Part shown: one piece after another, positions 11,524-21,034 of the stretch
Layout of the letters: the number at the start of each line of letters is the position of its first letter
How positions within the stretch are numbered: the first letter of the stretch is position 1
From: Candidatus Woesearchaeota archaeon
GTDB lineage: Archaea > Nanobdellota > Nanobdellia > Woesearchaeales > SKIA01
Length of the DNA: 64,000 bases
NCBI GenBank assembly: GCA_046704725.1
Contig: JBJKRI010000005.1
Location: 209,579 to 273,578 of the forward strand
Direction: 5' to 3'
Program-made: the position numbers and the translations under genes
The notes under the pieces: model-generated
Seen by the model: the letters and a program-made list of their open reading frames with translations, nothing else
The model's database searches: none
What the model was told of the DNA's origin: nothing

Positions 11524-13086
11524 TTAGCCGTGGCGGCGGGACGCCGCGGAGACAAGCCCCATGAACAATGGGGCCGGGCGGTCCAGCGAGCTCTTGAGCT
11601 CGGGATGCGCCTGGGTGCCGACGAAGTACGGATGGCCGGGCAGCTCGATGAACTCGACGAGACGGCCGTTCATCCCTGCGAAGACCATGCCGTGCTCCTC
11701 GAGGGTGTCGTGATAGTCGGGATTGACCTCGAATCGGTGCCGGTGCCGCTCGGAGACCTGCGTGCTCTTGTAGAGCGCGCGGATGATGCCGTCGCGCAGC
11801 TCCGCCTGGCACGCGCCGAGGCGCATGGTTCCACCCTTCTGGGATACCTCGAGCTGCTCGGGGAGGATGTCGATGACCGGATGGGGGGTCTTTGGATCGA
11901 CCTCGGTCGTGTTCGCACCCTCCAGGCCGCAGACATTGCGCGCGAACTCCACGACCGCGAGCTGCATGCCGTAGCAGATGCCGAGGAAGGGGATGCGCTT
12001 CTCACGGCACTCCTTGATGACCGCGATCTTGCCCTCGATGCCCCGGTCGCCGAAACCGCCGGGGACGATGACGCCGTCGATGCCGTCAAGGGCGTCGGAC
12101 GCGTCCGACAGGTCGGTCGTGTCTATCCACTTGAGAGCGACGCGCACCCCGAGGTGCGCCGAGCAGTGCTTGAGGGCCTCCACGATGGAGGCGTAGGAAT
12201 CCTCGAGGGTCGTGTACTTTCCCGCGATGCCGATGGTGATCGCTCGACGCGCGTTCGCCAAGGCGTGCAGGCGCTCCTCCCAGCGCGGGTCGTACTTCGC
12301 CGAGAGTCTGAGACGCTGATTGAGGAAATCGAGCAGTCCTTGTTCGTGGAAGTTGCGCGGGATGTCGTAGACGTCTGGGAGGTCGTGCCCCGACACGACA
12401 AGGGAGACGCCCGTGAACATGCGGATCTTCTCCTTGATATCGTCGTCGACCGGCTCGGCGCTGCGCGTGATGATGACGTCGGGGATGATTCCTCGCTGGA
12501 GCAGGAGCTGCACGGACTGCTGGGTAGGTTTTGTCTTGTGCTCTCCCGTCCATGCAGGCTTGGGAACATAGGTGAGATGGACGAACAGCGCGTTCTCCTT
12601 GCCCAGCTCGATTGCGAGCTGCCGGGCGGCCTCGTAGTACAATTCGGCCTCCATGTCGCCGACCGTGCCGCCGATCTCGAGGAGCGTGACATCGCCATCC
12701 TGTCCGAGCGTCCTGATGGTCTCCTTGATGTGGTCCACGACGTGCGGAAGGAGCTGCACGGTCTTGCCGAGGAAGTCGCCGCGACGCTCCTTGAGGCGGA
12801 TCTCGTCATAGATGCGTCCCATCGTGAGGCTGTGCTCTTTCCTGCAGCGCACGCCCAAGAAGCGCTCGTAATGGCCGAAGTCCATGTCCACCTCGGCGCC
12901 GTCGTCAAGCACGAAGACCTCGCCGTGCTCGAAGGGGTTCATCGTGCCGGGATCGACGTTGAGGTACCCGTCGCACTTGATGGGGACCACGCGGTACTCG
13001 CTGCTGAGGAGGCGGCCGATGCTCGCTGCGGCGACCCCCTTGCCCAGTCCGGATAGGACTCCCCCCGTGACGACAATAAGCTTCAC
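11524..13086 (-). CDS. pyrG: CTP synthase
   Basis: TGGVLSGLGKG, DPGTMNPFEHGEV, KTKPTQ, GICYG, ERHRHR, HPE. Confidence 0.97.
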   Translation of the reverse strand: MKLIVVTGGVLSGLGKGVAAASIGRLLSSEYRVVPIKCDGYLNVDPGTMNPFEHGEVFVLDDGAEVDMDFGHYERFLGVRCRKEHSLTMGRIYDEIRLKERRGDFLGKTVQLLPHVVDHIKETIRTLGQDGDVTLLEIGGTVGDMEAELYYEAARQLAIELGKENALFVHLTYVPKPAWTGEHKTKPTQQSVQLLLQRGIIPDVIITRSAEPVDDDIKEKIRMFTGVSLVVSGHDLPDVYDIPRNFHEQGLLDFLNQRLRLSAKYDPRWEERLHALANARRAITIGIAGKYTTLEDSYASIVEALKHCSAHLGVRVALKWIDTTDLSDASDALDGIDGVIVPGGFGDRGIEGKIAVIKECREKRIPFLGICYGMQLAVVEFARNVCGLEGANTTEVDPKTPHPVIDILPEQLEVSQKGGTMRLGACQAELRDGIIRALYKSTQVSERHRHRFEVNPDYHDTLEEHGMVFAGMNGRLVEFIELPGHPYFVGTQAHPELKSSLDRPAPLFMGLVSAASRRHG

Positions 13087-13200
13087 GGAATATGCCTTCG
13101 GGAACGTCGTATTTATGGATTGCTGTTGTGCGGACGGAAAATCTCCGGTTTTTCACGGGTTCGACGGAGAGCTTGCGGCCCTTCCGGACCGCCTACGGCT

Positions 13201-13773
13201 TCAGGCGAAGGTCTGCCACAAGCCCTGGTAGACGGTGAAACCGTCGAAGCCCGGGATGGGCAGCATGTTGAAGATGAACAGGAAGCCGTTGATGAAGCGC
13301 ATGTAGAGCCAGAATCGCGTCGCGCCCTCGCCCATCCTCTTGGTGCGCAAGACGACGAAGGAGACGAGATAGAGCAAGAGATTCACGCCCGGCCCGCCGA
13401 ACGCGATGGCGCTGGACTGCAGCGGCGTGGCCGAGCCGATGATGGAGACGTACGCCGGCACGATGATGAGGAACGGGAAGCTCACGAGCTTGAGCAGGAC
13501 GCCGGCCGCCAACCAGACGTACGCCGCGTGGAAGGTCGCCGTCAACCCCTCGCCGAGCGCGACGAACTTATGGCCGAGCTCGTGCAGGAGAATGGACGGC
13601 GCGACAATCGCCGCGGAGTACCAGAAGCGGCTGGTCCACGACGACCGTTGCTTGTAGGCCTGCAGCGGGTCGTGGCTGGCGGGGCGCTTGAACATGTCCA
13701 TGAAGATGAAGCCCGCGGCGGCGGTCATCAGTATCATGTCGAGGATCTCTTGCCAGGTGAACACGAACGCCAC
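13201..13773 (-). CDS. site-2 protease/M50 family membrane metalloprotease
   Basis: HELGH, GP.VN, FNMLPIPGFDG, TM helices; GTG start inferred. Confidence 0.85.
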   Translation of the reverse strand: MAFVFTWQEILDMILMTAAAGFIFMDMFKRPASHDPLQAYKQRSSWTSRFWYSAAIVAPSILLHELGHKFVALGEGLTATFHAAYVWLAAGVLLKLVSFPFLIIVPAYVSIIGSATPLQSSAIAFGGPGVNLLLYLVSFVVLRTKRMGEGATRFWLYMRFINGFLFIFNMLPIPGFDGFTVYQGLWQTFA

Positions 13774-13852
13774 GCTTGGGCCAGCACAACCCCCCTTAAA
13801 TAGCTTGTGCGACACAAAGGTTTTATAAGTCGGTTTGCCGGCTCACGACGGG

Positions 13853-14230
13853 ATGAGAGCGCTGAATCTATCGTTGCTCGCTGTACTGGCGGTCGGTGGG
13901 ATGCTGATCATCGCATTCTCGCACCCGCAGCCGACCGCGGACGTCGTGGCGAAATCGCCATTGGTCAAGGTCGTGCAGGCCTTCCCGGTCAAGGGCGACT
14001 ACGACCTGAACGGTGACGGACGCATAGACGTGCCAGACACGGTAGTGCTGCAGCGTGTCCTGGACGGCAGCGCATTGTGCCCTGCGGGAAAGGATTGCGA
14101 CGTGAACGGTGATGGCGTCGTGAACGCGCAGGACCTTGCGCAGCTCAACCTGCTCATCGTCCAGCGGCCGGACATCCAGGCGCAGCCATTGCCGCAGACC
14201 GTCTTCTGGCCCGGCGCGACGCTCGCCTAG
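13853..14230 (+). CDS. secreted dockerin-type (paired Ca-binding loop) protein
   Basis: signal/anchor helix, then GDYDLNGDGRIDVPD and DVNGDGVVNAQD. Confidence 0.8.
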   Translation: MRALNLSLLAVLAVGGMLIIAFSHPQPTADVVAKSPLVKVVQAFPVKGDYDLNGDGRIDVPDTVVLQRVLDGSALCPAGKDCDVNGDGVVNAQDLAQLNLLIVQRPDIQAQPLPQTVFWPGATLA

Positions 14231-14424
14231 ACGAGGATACGTCTCTCGCCCTGATGCGCCTCGAGGAACGAGCGCGCCTCATCGTAGCGACGGACCTGCC
14301 CTTCCTGGTGCAAGCGCTTGAGCATGCGACGGATAGCGCTGCGGTGCCCGCTGGTATGGACGCTCGTCAAACGGCCTTCCCTGCTGATGTACAGCGTGCC
14401 CTGGTGCTCGAAGACGTGGATCAT
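14227..14424 (-). CDS. small hypothetical protein
   Basis: 65 aa; ATGA overlap with the upstream acidic ORF. Confidence 0.55.
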   Translation of the reverse strand: MIHVFEHQGTLYISREGRLTSVHTSGHRSAIRRMLKRLHQEGQVRRYDEARSFLEAHQGERRILV

Positions 14425-14642
14425 GCCGCTGCGGTGAATCCTCTGATGAAGCCTTCCTCGAAGTCGTCCAAAGCCCCTTCCTCGAGCCCTGCTTCGGGAT
14501 CGCTCATCGTGTCCAGGTCGTCGATGTCCTCTTCGGCTTCGAGCCAGCCGAGCTCCATGCGTCGGTTGGCCTCCTCCCAGTCGGCGCCCTCTGAATTAGC
14601 GACGTAGCGCCAGACTTCGTACCCCAACTGTTCGTTTTGCAT
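14421..14642 (-). CDS. small acidic hypothetical protein
   Basis: 73 aa, D/E rich, ends EEGFIRGFTAAA; GGTGA SD-like site upstream. Confidence 0.65.
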   Translation of the reverse strand: MQNEQLGYEVWRYVANSEGADWEEANRRMELGWLEAEEDIDDLDTMSDPEAGLEEGALDDFEEGFIRGFTAAA

Positions 14643-14769
14643 CTGCTCACCCCCATGAGCGTGCGGCTCTTTGACCGCTGTATGGGGTATGCCCCCTCCA
14701 GTATATTAATCCACTGGATATATGTATACATGAAGAAAAAATATGTACCCATTCAGGCATCGCTTGCCC

Positions 14770-14922
14770 CTAGGTCTCCGCGAAATCCGACAAACGCGCC
14801 TGGCGCAATCGGGCGAGACGCTCTGCCTCCTCCACAGACTCCGTATCGAACTCCTCGCTATGCGCACGCACGTACCGACGATAGAACTCCGCCGAGCACA
14901 CATTCGTCCACGACATGGCCAT
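14770..14922 (-). CDS. small hypothetical protein (50 aa, not in ORF track)
   Basis: MAMSWTNVCSAEFYRRYVRAHSEEFDTESVEEAERLARLRQARLSDFAET; GGAGG just upstream. Confidence 0.5.
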   Translation of the reverse strand: MAMSWTNVCSAEFYRRYVRAHSEEFDTESVEEAERLARLRQARLSDFAET

Positions 14923-14988
14923 TCCCTCCAAGCTTCCCTATGGAAAAGAAACTATTTATTCCTTATGCACGAAAGAGCGAGAAGCGGC

Positions 14989-15300
14989 CTATGCGTGCTG
15001 CGCGAGCATCTGCTTGAGCTGCGCCTTGGGCATGAGGCCCACGACCTTCTCGACGACCTCGCCGTCCTTGAAGACGATGACCGTCGGGATGGAACGCACC
15101 TGGTACTCCATGGCCAGCCTGCTCTCGGCCTCGACATCGAGCTTGAGGAACTTCACGTCGGGCGTCTCCTTGGAGAGCTCCTCCATTATGGGAGCGAGCA
15201 TCTTGCACGGCCCGCACCAGTCGGCATAGAAATCGACGATGACGGGTTTCTTCTCCTTCAGGACTGCGTCCTGGAAGTTCTGGGAAGTGACGTGCTCCAT
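14989..15300 (-). CDS. trxA: thioredoxin
   Basis: DFYADWCGPC, SIPT. Confidence 0.96.
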   Translation of the reverse strand: MEHVTSQNFQDAVLKEKKPVIVDFYADWCGPCKMLAPIMEELSKETPDVKFLKLDVEAESRLAMEYQVRSIPTVIVFKDGEVVEKVVGLMPKAQLKQMLAQHA

Positions 15301-15382
15301 ACCGTGAACGACCGCTGCGGCGATTAAATAGTTTGTGCTTGTGCGTCCGGTGTTATGGGAAGCAGACGACGCAGGACATCCT

Positions 15383-16516
15383 TCACCGTTGGAGGACCCT
15401 CTTGGAGAGGCGATGCATCTGGAGCTGCTCGTCGGCGGGGATGACTATTACTGTGACTGGAGAACCGTCGACGGAGACGATGCCTTTTCCCTCGCGGTTG
15501 CGCTCCTCATCCAGCGGCACCTCCAGCAAGGCGCACACGCGGCTCCGCACGTACCACGCGCCCTCACCGATGCCACCGGTGAAGGCGATCGCCTCGGGAC
15601 GCGGGACCGTGGTGCGCATGGCATTGACGAAATACGCGATGCGATACGCGAGCATGTCGATGGCAAGGCGCGAACGTTCGTCGCCGACCTGGGCCGCGCG
15701 CCACACCTCGCGCAGGTCCGCGTGGCCGGTGATGCCCAATAGCCCGGAACGCCTGCTGAACAAGTCATCGAGCTGCTTTATCGTGTAGTGGCCTTCCCGC
15801 AGCAGGAAAAGCGGTATCTCCGGGTCGAGTTCGCCCGAACGCGTGGCCATGAACAGGCCGTCCAGAGGCGTGAAGCCCATCGTCGTGTCGGCGGAATAGC
15901 CGTGGCGGAGCGCGGTGATGCTGCTGCCCGCACCGAGATGGCAGCTGATGGCGTCGACCGCATGGCCGAAACGCTCCTCGAGAACAGAAGCGATATAGGA
16001 ATGATTGATGCCGTGGAAGCCGTACTTGCGGATGCCGAAGCGCTCGTACAATTCGAGGGGAAGGCCGTACAAGAAGACCTCCTTGCTGATGGTGTGATGG
16101 AAGGCCGTGTCGAAGATCGCGATTTGCGCCGCCTTGGGAAAAGCGTCCTTCGCCGCGCGGATGCCAGCGAGGTTCGCGGGGTTATGGAGCGGCGCGAGGA
16201 CGGACAGCTTTTCTATATCGTGGATGACGTTCTGCGTGATGATGACGGGGCGGTCATGCTTCTCGCCGCCGTGGACCACGCGATGCACGACAGAGGTGAC
16301 ATCGTTCTTTCTCAGGACGCGATTCTTCTCGAGCAACGAGAGCAGGTACCGCACGGCGGCGGCGTGGTCGTGCACCGGGACCCTGATGCGACGCTCGCCG
16401 AGGACGAGGACGCAGTCCTTGTGGAGACGGTCGAAATCCCCGGAGACGACCCGTCTGTCGCCGTCGAAGACGGCCCACTTCAATGACGAGGAGCCGGCGT
16501 TCAATACGAGTTGCAA
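15383..16516 (-). CDS. ackA: acetate kinase
   Basis: LNAGSSSLK, HRVVHGG, APLHNP, FDTAFH, YGFHG, HLGAGSS, FTGGIGE. Confidence 0.95.
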   Translation of the reverse strand: MQLVLNAGSSSLKWAVFDGDRRVVSGDFDRLHKDCVLVLGERRIRVPVHDHAAAVRYLLSLLEKNRVLRKNDVTSVVHRVVHGGEKHDRPVIITQNVIHDIEKLSVLAPLHNPANLAGIRAAKDAFPKAAQIAIFDTAFHHTISKEVFLYGLPLELYERFGIRKYGFHGINHSYIASVLEERFGHAVDAISCHLGAGSSITALRHGYSADTTMGFTPLDGLFMATRSGELDPEIPLFLLREGHYTIKQLDDLFSRRSGLLGITGHADLREVWRAAQVGDERSRLAIDMLAYRIAYFVNAMRTTVPRPEAIAFTGGIGEGAWYVRSRVCALLEVPLDEERNREGKGIVSVDGSPVTVIVIPADEQLQMHRLSKRVLQR

Positions 16517-16563
16517 TTGCTCACCTCGGACGTTCCCCGGGGTCGGGGCTTATATTGGTTTTC

Positions 16564-17478
16564 CTACGCGCGTCCGGTGCTGCCGAGGTCGTCGATGCGC
16601 TTGACGATCTGCTCTTGCAGCTGGTCGCGGGCGTAGCCGAGGATGGCGCGCGGGTCGAAGTCCTTTGGCTTGTCCTTGAGGAACTGCCGCACGGCGGCGT
16701 CGAAACCGATGCGCAGGTCGGTGTCGGTGTTGACCTTGGCGATACCGCGCGCGATGGCTTTCTGAATCTGCCCGGTCGGCACGCCGTGCGCGCCGTCGAG
16801 CTTCGCCCCTAATCGTTCGGCCTTCTTGAGGATGTTGCGCGGCACAGAGGACGCGCCGTGCAGCACGAGCGGGATGGAGACCTTGTCGGCGATCGCTTCC
16901 AAACGCTTGAGGTCGAGGCGCGGGGTGCCGTCGAACTTGTAGGCGCCATGGCTTGTGCCGATGCTCACAGCGAGTGATGAGCAGCCGGTCTTCCGCACGA
17001 ACTCCTTGGCCGCGTCGGGATCGGTGAAGACATGCTCCTTGCTCTTCACCCAGCCTTCCTCGCCCTTCAACTGGCCGAGCTCAGCCTCGACGGGGATGCG
17101 ATGCGGCTTGCAGTACGACACGACTTTCTTCGTCTCGGCGATGTTCTTGGCAAAGGGCAGGTGCGAGGCGTCGCGCATGATCGATGTCCAGCCGTGCTTC
17201 ACGCATCCCTTGACATGCGCCATGTCCGGACCGTGATCGAGATGCAAGGCCACAGGGACCTTCGCTTCTTTGGCGAGAGCGCGGACAAGACCGCCGAGCG
17301 GCGCGTAGCCGCCATAGGCGATGGCGCTCTTGCTCGTCGCTACGATGACGGGCGCGTTCGCCTCCTCCGCCGCTCGGATGATGGCGTGCGTGAACTCGAG
17401 ATCGCTGGTGTTGAAGTGCCCGATGGCGTACTGGCCGGCGCGCGCTTTCCTGAGCATGGTCGCTGTGGTGACGAGCAT
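16564..17478 (-). CDS. fba: fructose-bisphosphate aldolase class II
   Basis: LHLDHG, EAELG, IGTSHGAYK, LVLHGASS, KVNTDTD. Confidence 0.94.
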   Translation of the reverse strand: MLVTTATMLRKARAGQYAIGHFNTSDLEFTHAIIRAAEEANAPVIVATSKSAIAYGGYAPLGGLVRALAKEAKVPVALHLDHGPDMAHVKGCVKHGWTSIMRDASHLPFAKNIAETKKVVSYCKPHRIPVEAELGQLKGEEGWVKSKEHVFTDPDAAKEFVRKTGCSSLAVSIGTSHGAYKFDGTPRLDLKRLEAIADKVSIPLVLHGASSVPRNILKKAERLGAKLDGAHGVPTGQIQKAIARGIAKVNTDTDLRIGFDAAVRQFLKDKPKDFDPRAILGYARDQLQEQIVKRIDDLGSTGRA

Positions 17479-17663
17479 GCCGTCCACGCCGGAAGGTCCC
17501 TTCTTAAGCCTTGTGCTTCTTTTTCGGCGAGAACGAAAAACCATCGGTTTTGCATGCATCAGAACCGGAACGGAGGCTGAATAGGGAATAACCTTTATAA
17601 GTGTCCGCTTCCATAACGTCGTCACGGCAGCGGGAATCGCTGTTCGGGGGTGAATAGACACAC

Positions 17664-18002
17664 ATGGCAAAGAAGAATACCGGAAGCCTCGTCGGCTCAT
17701 GGGCCTTCCTGATCGGCGTAATCCTCGCGATCATTCTTGGCTTCATCACGATGAAGCCCTGGATGGCGATGGTGCTCGTGATCATCGGCCTGATCGTCGG
17801 ACTGCTCAATATCACGTCCAAGGAAGCGATGGGTTTCCTGACGGCATCCACTGTGCTCGTCATCGTGACGGCGCTCGGCGGAGATAAGTTCGCGATCCTC
17901 GGAACGTGGGCTGCGCAGATCATGCAAGCGCTGATGCTGGTGTTCGTCCCTGCGACGATCATCGTAGCGCTCCGCGCGGTCTTCGCGCTGGCGCACAACT
18001 AG
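17664..18002 (+). CDS. small 4-TM membrane protein
   Basis: four hydrophobic helices; GGTGA SD-like site. Confidence 0.8.
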   Translation: MAKKNTGSLVGSWAFLIGVILAIILGFITMKPWMAMVLVIIGLIVGLLNITSKEAMGFLTASTVLVIVTALGGDKFAILGTWAAQIMQALMLVFVPATIIVALRAVFALAHN

Positions 18003-18054
18003 ATCGCTTTTTTTCTTTCCTTTTTTCTTCTGTCCACGACGACTCGCGGAAGCG

Positions 18055-18885
18055 CTATTCGTGCAGCAGCGCGGCACCGACAGCTACAGGTGACTCGAGT
18101 TCATGACGGACGATGGAGCACGCCTCGAATCCCGAACCGAAACAATGCGGGCGGACCAGTTCCGGGAGCTGATCAAAGAACGGAAGGTTCGATACGCCTC
18201 CACCGATGACGATTCTCTCCGGATTGAACGAATTGATAATCGAAGCCAGGAACAATCCGCAGCGCTCGAGCCACTCCTTCCTGGTCCGAATCGCGGCAGG
18301 CTCCTCGGATTCCCAAATGAGACGTGGATGGGGGTGCTGCTCAGAACCTCCGTTTTCCATGTATTGCCTGACGATGGCAGGGCCGCTCAAGTAGAACTCC
18401 CAGTCATGTCCGTCGAGAAGACGCATGTGGCCAATCTCTCCAGCGATACCGGATGCGCCCGAGTAGGGCCTGCCGTTGATGATCACTCCGCTCCCTACGC
18501 CGGTGCCCAGCGTGATCCCAACCATTTGTCTGGTGCCCCGTGCGCTCCCAAAACGATGCTCCGCCAACGCGAAGCAGCGCGCATCATTATCGAACGCTAC
18601 TGGGGCCTGGCCACCGAGCGTGGCGCGCAGGTCCGTGCCGATGAGCGCGGAGATGTTCGGTGCCGCGACGACGACGCCGTCACGGATGACCCCCGCGAAC
18701 GCCACGCCGACGCCGCGCACACCATCCTGCCAGACCGCATCGCGCGCTGCTTGGATGCGTGAGATAATCTCGTCCGCTGAACGCTGCGCGTCGGTGGGCA
18801 CGCGATGGTGCTTCACGACAGCACCTGTGTCGTCGAGGAGGACCGCTTCGATCTTGGTACCGCCGATATCGATGCCGATGTGCAT
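18055..18885 (-). CDS. ROK family sugar kinase
   Basis: GIDIGGTK, DNDA, TLGTGVG, AGEIGH, IGGGVS. Confidence 0.92.
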   Translation of the reverse strand: MHIGIDIGGTKIEAVLLDDTGAVVKHHRVPTDAQRSADEIISRIQAARDAVWQDGVRGVGVAFAGVIRDGVVVAAPNISALIGTDLRATLGGQAPVAFDNDARCFALAEHRFGSARGTRQMVGITLGTGVGSGVIINGRPYSGASGIAGEIGHMRLLDGHDWEFYLSGPAIVRQYMENGGSEQHPHPRLIWESEEPAAIRTRKEWLERCGLFLASIINSFNPERIVIGGGVSNLPFFDQLPELVRPHCFGSGFEACSIVRHELESPVAVGAALLHE

Positions 18886-18916
18886 GCGATGCCTGCGTAC
18901 CGAGGGTATAAGTGCT

Positions 18917-19576
18917 TTATGCTTGCACGGCTACCGCGGTGCGGATGCGGCTGAGCAGCTCGAAGAGCTCCTGGCGCAAGGTCGGGGTCAAGAAGAAACG
19001 GCGGTTCACGCCCACCCACGAATGCAGGGGGAAGCGCGTGCACAGGGCCTTCTCGTACAACTGCCTGCACGCCTTTGGCTGCGTCGCTCCCGGAAGGCAG
19101 GGCTCTCCGAACACGACGACATCCTCCTCCACGAGAGCGCCATCGAGGAACTGCGGTAGGAGCGCGAGGTGCACGAGATGCGCGCGCCCGAAACGCTGCT
19201 CGGTCTTGGCCATCACGCGCGTCAGGTCGGTGACGAACGGATCGAAATACTCCCGACGCAGGAAGTCCTCTGTGCCCGGCTGTTCGGCGAGCGGCAGGGC
19301 GATGCCATCCACGGTCGAGAATGCCTTCGGGGAGATACGGTGCACATCCATGAGCACCGAGGACACCGTCGGCAACACTCCAGCGGCCTCGAGGACGGGA
19401 AGCAACTCGTAGAAGACCGGCTCGATGGAGGATTCCGCGCGCTCGAGGATGTATTCGCACTCCTCAGCGGAAAGAGCGGTGAGAAAATCCTCAGGGACCT
19501 CTCCTGATTGTTCGCAGGTGAGGACGAGGGGCGTGTGCTGGTACGCGAGAATCTTCTTCGCGGCCTCCACCATCAC
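18917..19576 (-). CDS. hypothetical protein, possibly degenerate N-formylglutamate amidohydrolase fold
   Basis: PLVLTCEQSG.VP and R.EYFDPF resemble that family, but the His ligands are absent. Confidence 0.45.
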   Translation of the reverse strand: MMVEAAKKILAYQHTPLVLTCEQSGEVPEDFLTALSAEECEYILERAESSIEPVFYELLPVLEAAGVLPTVSSVLMDVHRISPKAFSTVDGIALPLAEQPGTEDFLRREYFDPFVTDLTRVMAKTEQRFGRAHLVHLALLPQFLDGALVEEDVVVFGEPCLPGATQPKACRQLYEKALCTRFPLHSWVGVNRRFFLTPTLRQELFELLSRIRTAVAVQA

Positions 19577-19604
19577 GCGTTCCTGGGAAGCGCGGTATTT
19601 AATC

Positions 19605-20342
19605 CTACTGGTTGTTGACGATGCGCAACAGGTGCAGGCTGAACGCGTCCGCGACGCGCACGAGATCCTGCGTCGTGTTCGCCGTGAGGACGACGCAACC
19701 GTTCAAGTCACGGACCTCAGCGGTCGGACCCTGCGTGAGATAGATGATTGCGCGCCGCGGCGTGCCATCGGCGCACGTCACGTTGCCGTAGACCGCGCCA
19801 GCGGTCGGGATGCGATAGACCCTGCCGGTGATGCGGCTGATCTCCGCGCCCGCGATGGCGACCTCACCGGGCACGCCGTTATCGAAGGTCACGATGATGC
19901 CTGAATCGTTGTAATAGGTGAGATTGAGGATGCGGTCGACGGCCGCCTGACTGACGAGGACGTCCTGCGTCTCCTTCGGGCCGTAATAGAACGTGATGGG
20001 ATTCACGGCGATGTTCGTGACCACCTGTGTTCGCCAGCACGTGCCGCCCTTGCTCGTGCACTTGGTCGCGTTGAAAACGAAACCGTTGTATGTATAACTG
20101 TGCGAAGCCGGCGAGATGATCGTCAGGCCGCCGATGGACAGCCCGTTGGTCACCACGAGATAGACCAGGCCGAACACCACAGCGATCACACCGAACACCG
20201 CGATGATCTTCCACGTGGGCATCTCCGGCGGATTGACGATAGGTTTCTCCTCGGGGATCATCTGCACGGTCTTGACCGCTCTTTTCGCGGACTTCTTGCC
20301 TGTTTTTTTCGCAGTCTTCCTGGGCGTCTTCTTCGTCGCCAT
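19605..20342 (-). CDS. membrane-anchored extracellular protein
   Basis: basic N-tail, single TM, Cys pairs, N-glycosylation sequons. Confidence 0.75.
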   Translation of the reverse strand: MATKKTPRKTAKKTGKKSAKRAVKTVQMIPEEKPIVNPPEMPTWKIIAVFGVIAVVFGLVYLVVTNGLSIGGLTIISPASHSYTYNGFVFNATKCTSKGGTCWRTQVVTNIAVNPITFYYGPKETQDVLVSQAAVDRILNLTYYNDSGIIVTFDNGVPGEVAIAGAEISRITGRVYRIPTAGAVYGNVTCADGTPRRAIIYLTQGPTAEVRDLNGCVVLTANTTQDLVRVADAFSLHLLRIVNNQ

Positions 20343-20932
20343 CAGCGCACCCCGTAATACGCGTAGATCAATTGGTCGCGCAGGAGCAAGAAGTCCGTCT
20401 GCTGACCGGTGAAGATGATGCATGAACCGTTCACGCTGATACCCTGCGTGCCGTTCTCGATACGGATGAACGGGGCTTGCGGCGTGGCCTGCGAGCAGTT
20501 CGCCACGGGGAACGGATACTGCGAGGAGTTCTGCGTCACCGCAGCGCCCGGACGCAAGGGCAGATAGCTGGTGAAGTCATACCTGATCTGGTCGATGTAC
20601 GGCAGGTCTGCAGTGTCGTTCGGATTGAACAAGACGACGAGCGTCGAAGCGTTCTTGAGCAAGGAGACCGCTCCGGGCGGCACGACGAGGCTCTGGTCCG
20701 GATAGCTGTAGAACTGCATCTGGCGTCCGTCGATGGTCCCGTACAACAGGTTGCCCTTCGTGGTGAGCTGCACTTGCGTCTTGGAGCCCTGCTGGGAGGC
20801 GGGGATATAGTAGAATATGAACGCGACGCTCGAGAGCACCATCAGGCTGATGATGAGGATGCCGCCGATGAGCCGCACGCGACGCTGGCGCTGCTCCTCC
20901 CGGCGCTGGTCGCGGCTCTTGTGCTTGGCCAC
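20342..20932 (-). CDS. membrane-anchored extracellular protein (paralogue of downstream gene)
   Basis: basic N-tail, TM, NC..ATP...C..G...D pattern; TGATG coupling. Confidence 0.75.
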   Translation of the reverse strand: MAKHKSRDQRREEQRQRRVRLIGGILIISLMVLSSVAFIFYYIPASQQGSKTQVQLTTKGNLLYGTIDGRQMQFYSYPDQSLVVPPGAVSLLKNASTLVVLFNPNDTADLPYIDQIRYDFTSYLPLRPGAAVTQNSSQYPFPVANCSQATPQAPFIRIENGTQGISVNGSCIIFTGQQTDFLLLRDQLIYAYYGVR

Positions 20933-21034
20933 GAGAGAGGGGTGGGCGCGCGCTTCAAAAGCGTTTCGTCACACGGCTCCTCTTTGCGGAGGGGGGACAA
21001 ACAGATATAAACCGTGCATCTCAGTGCATAGCGC

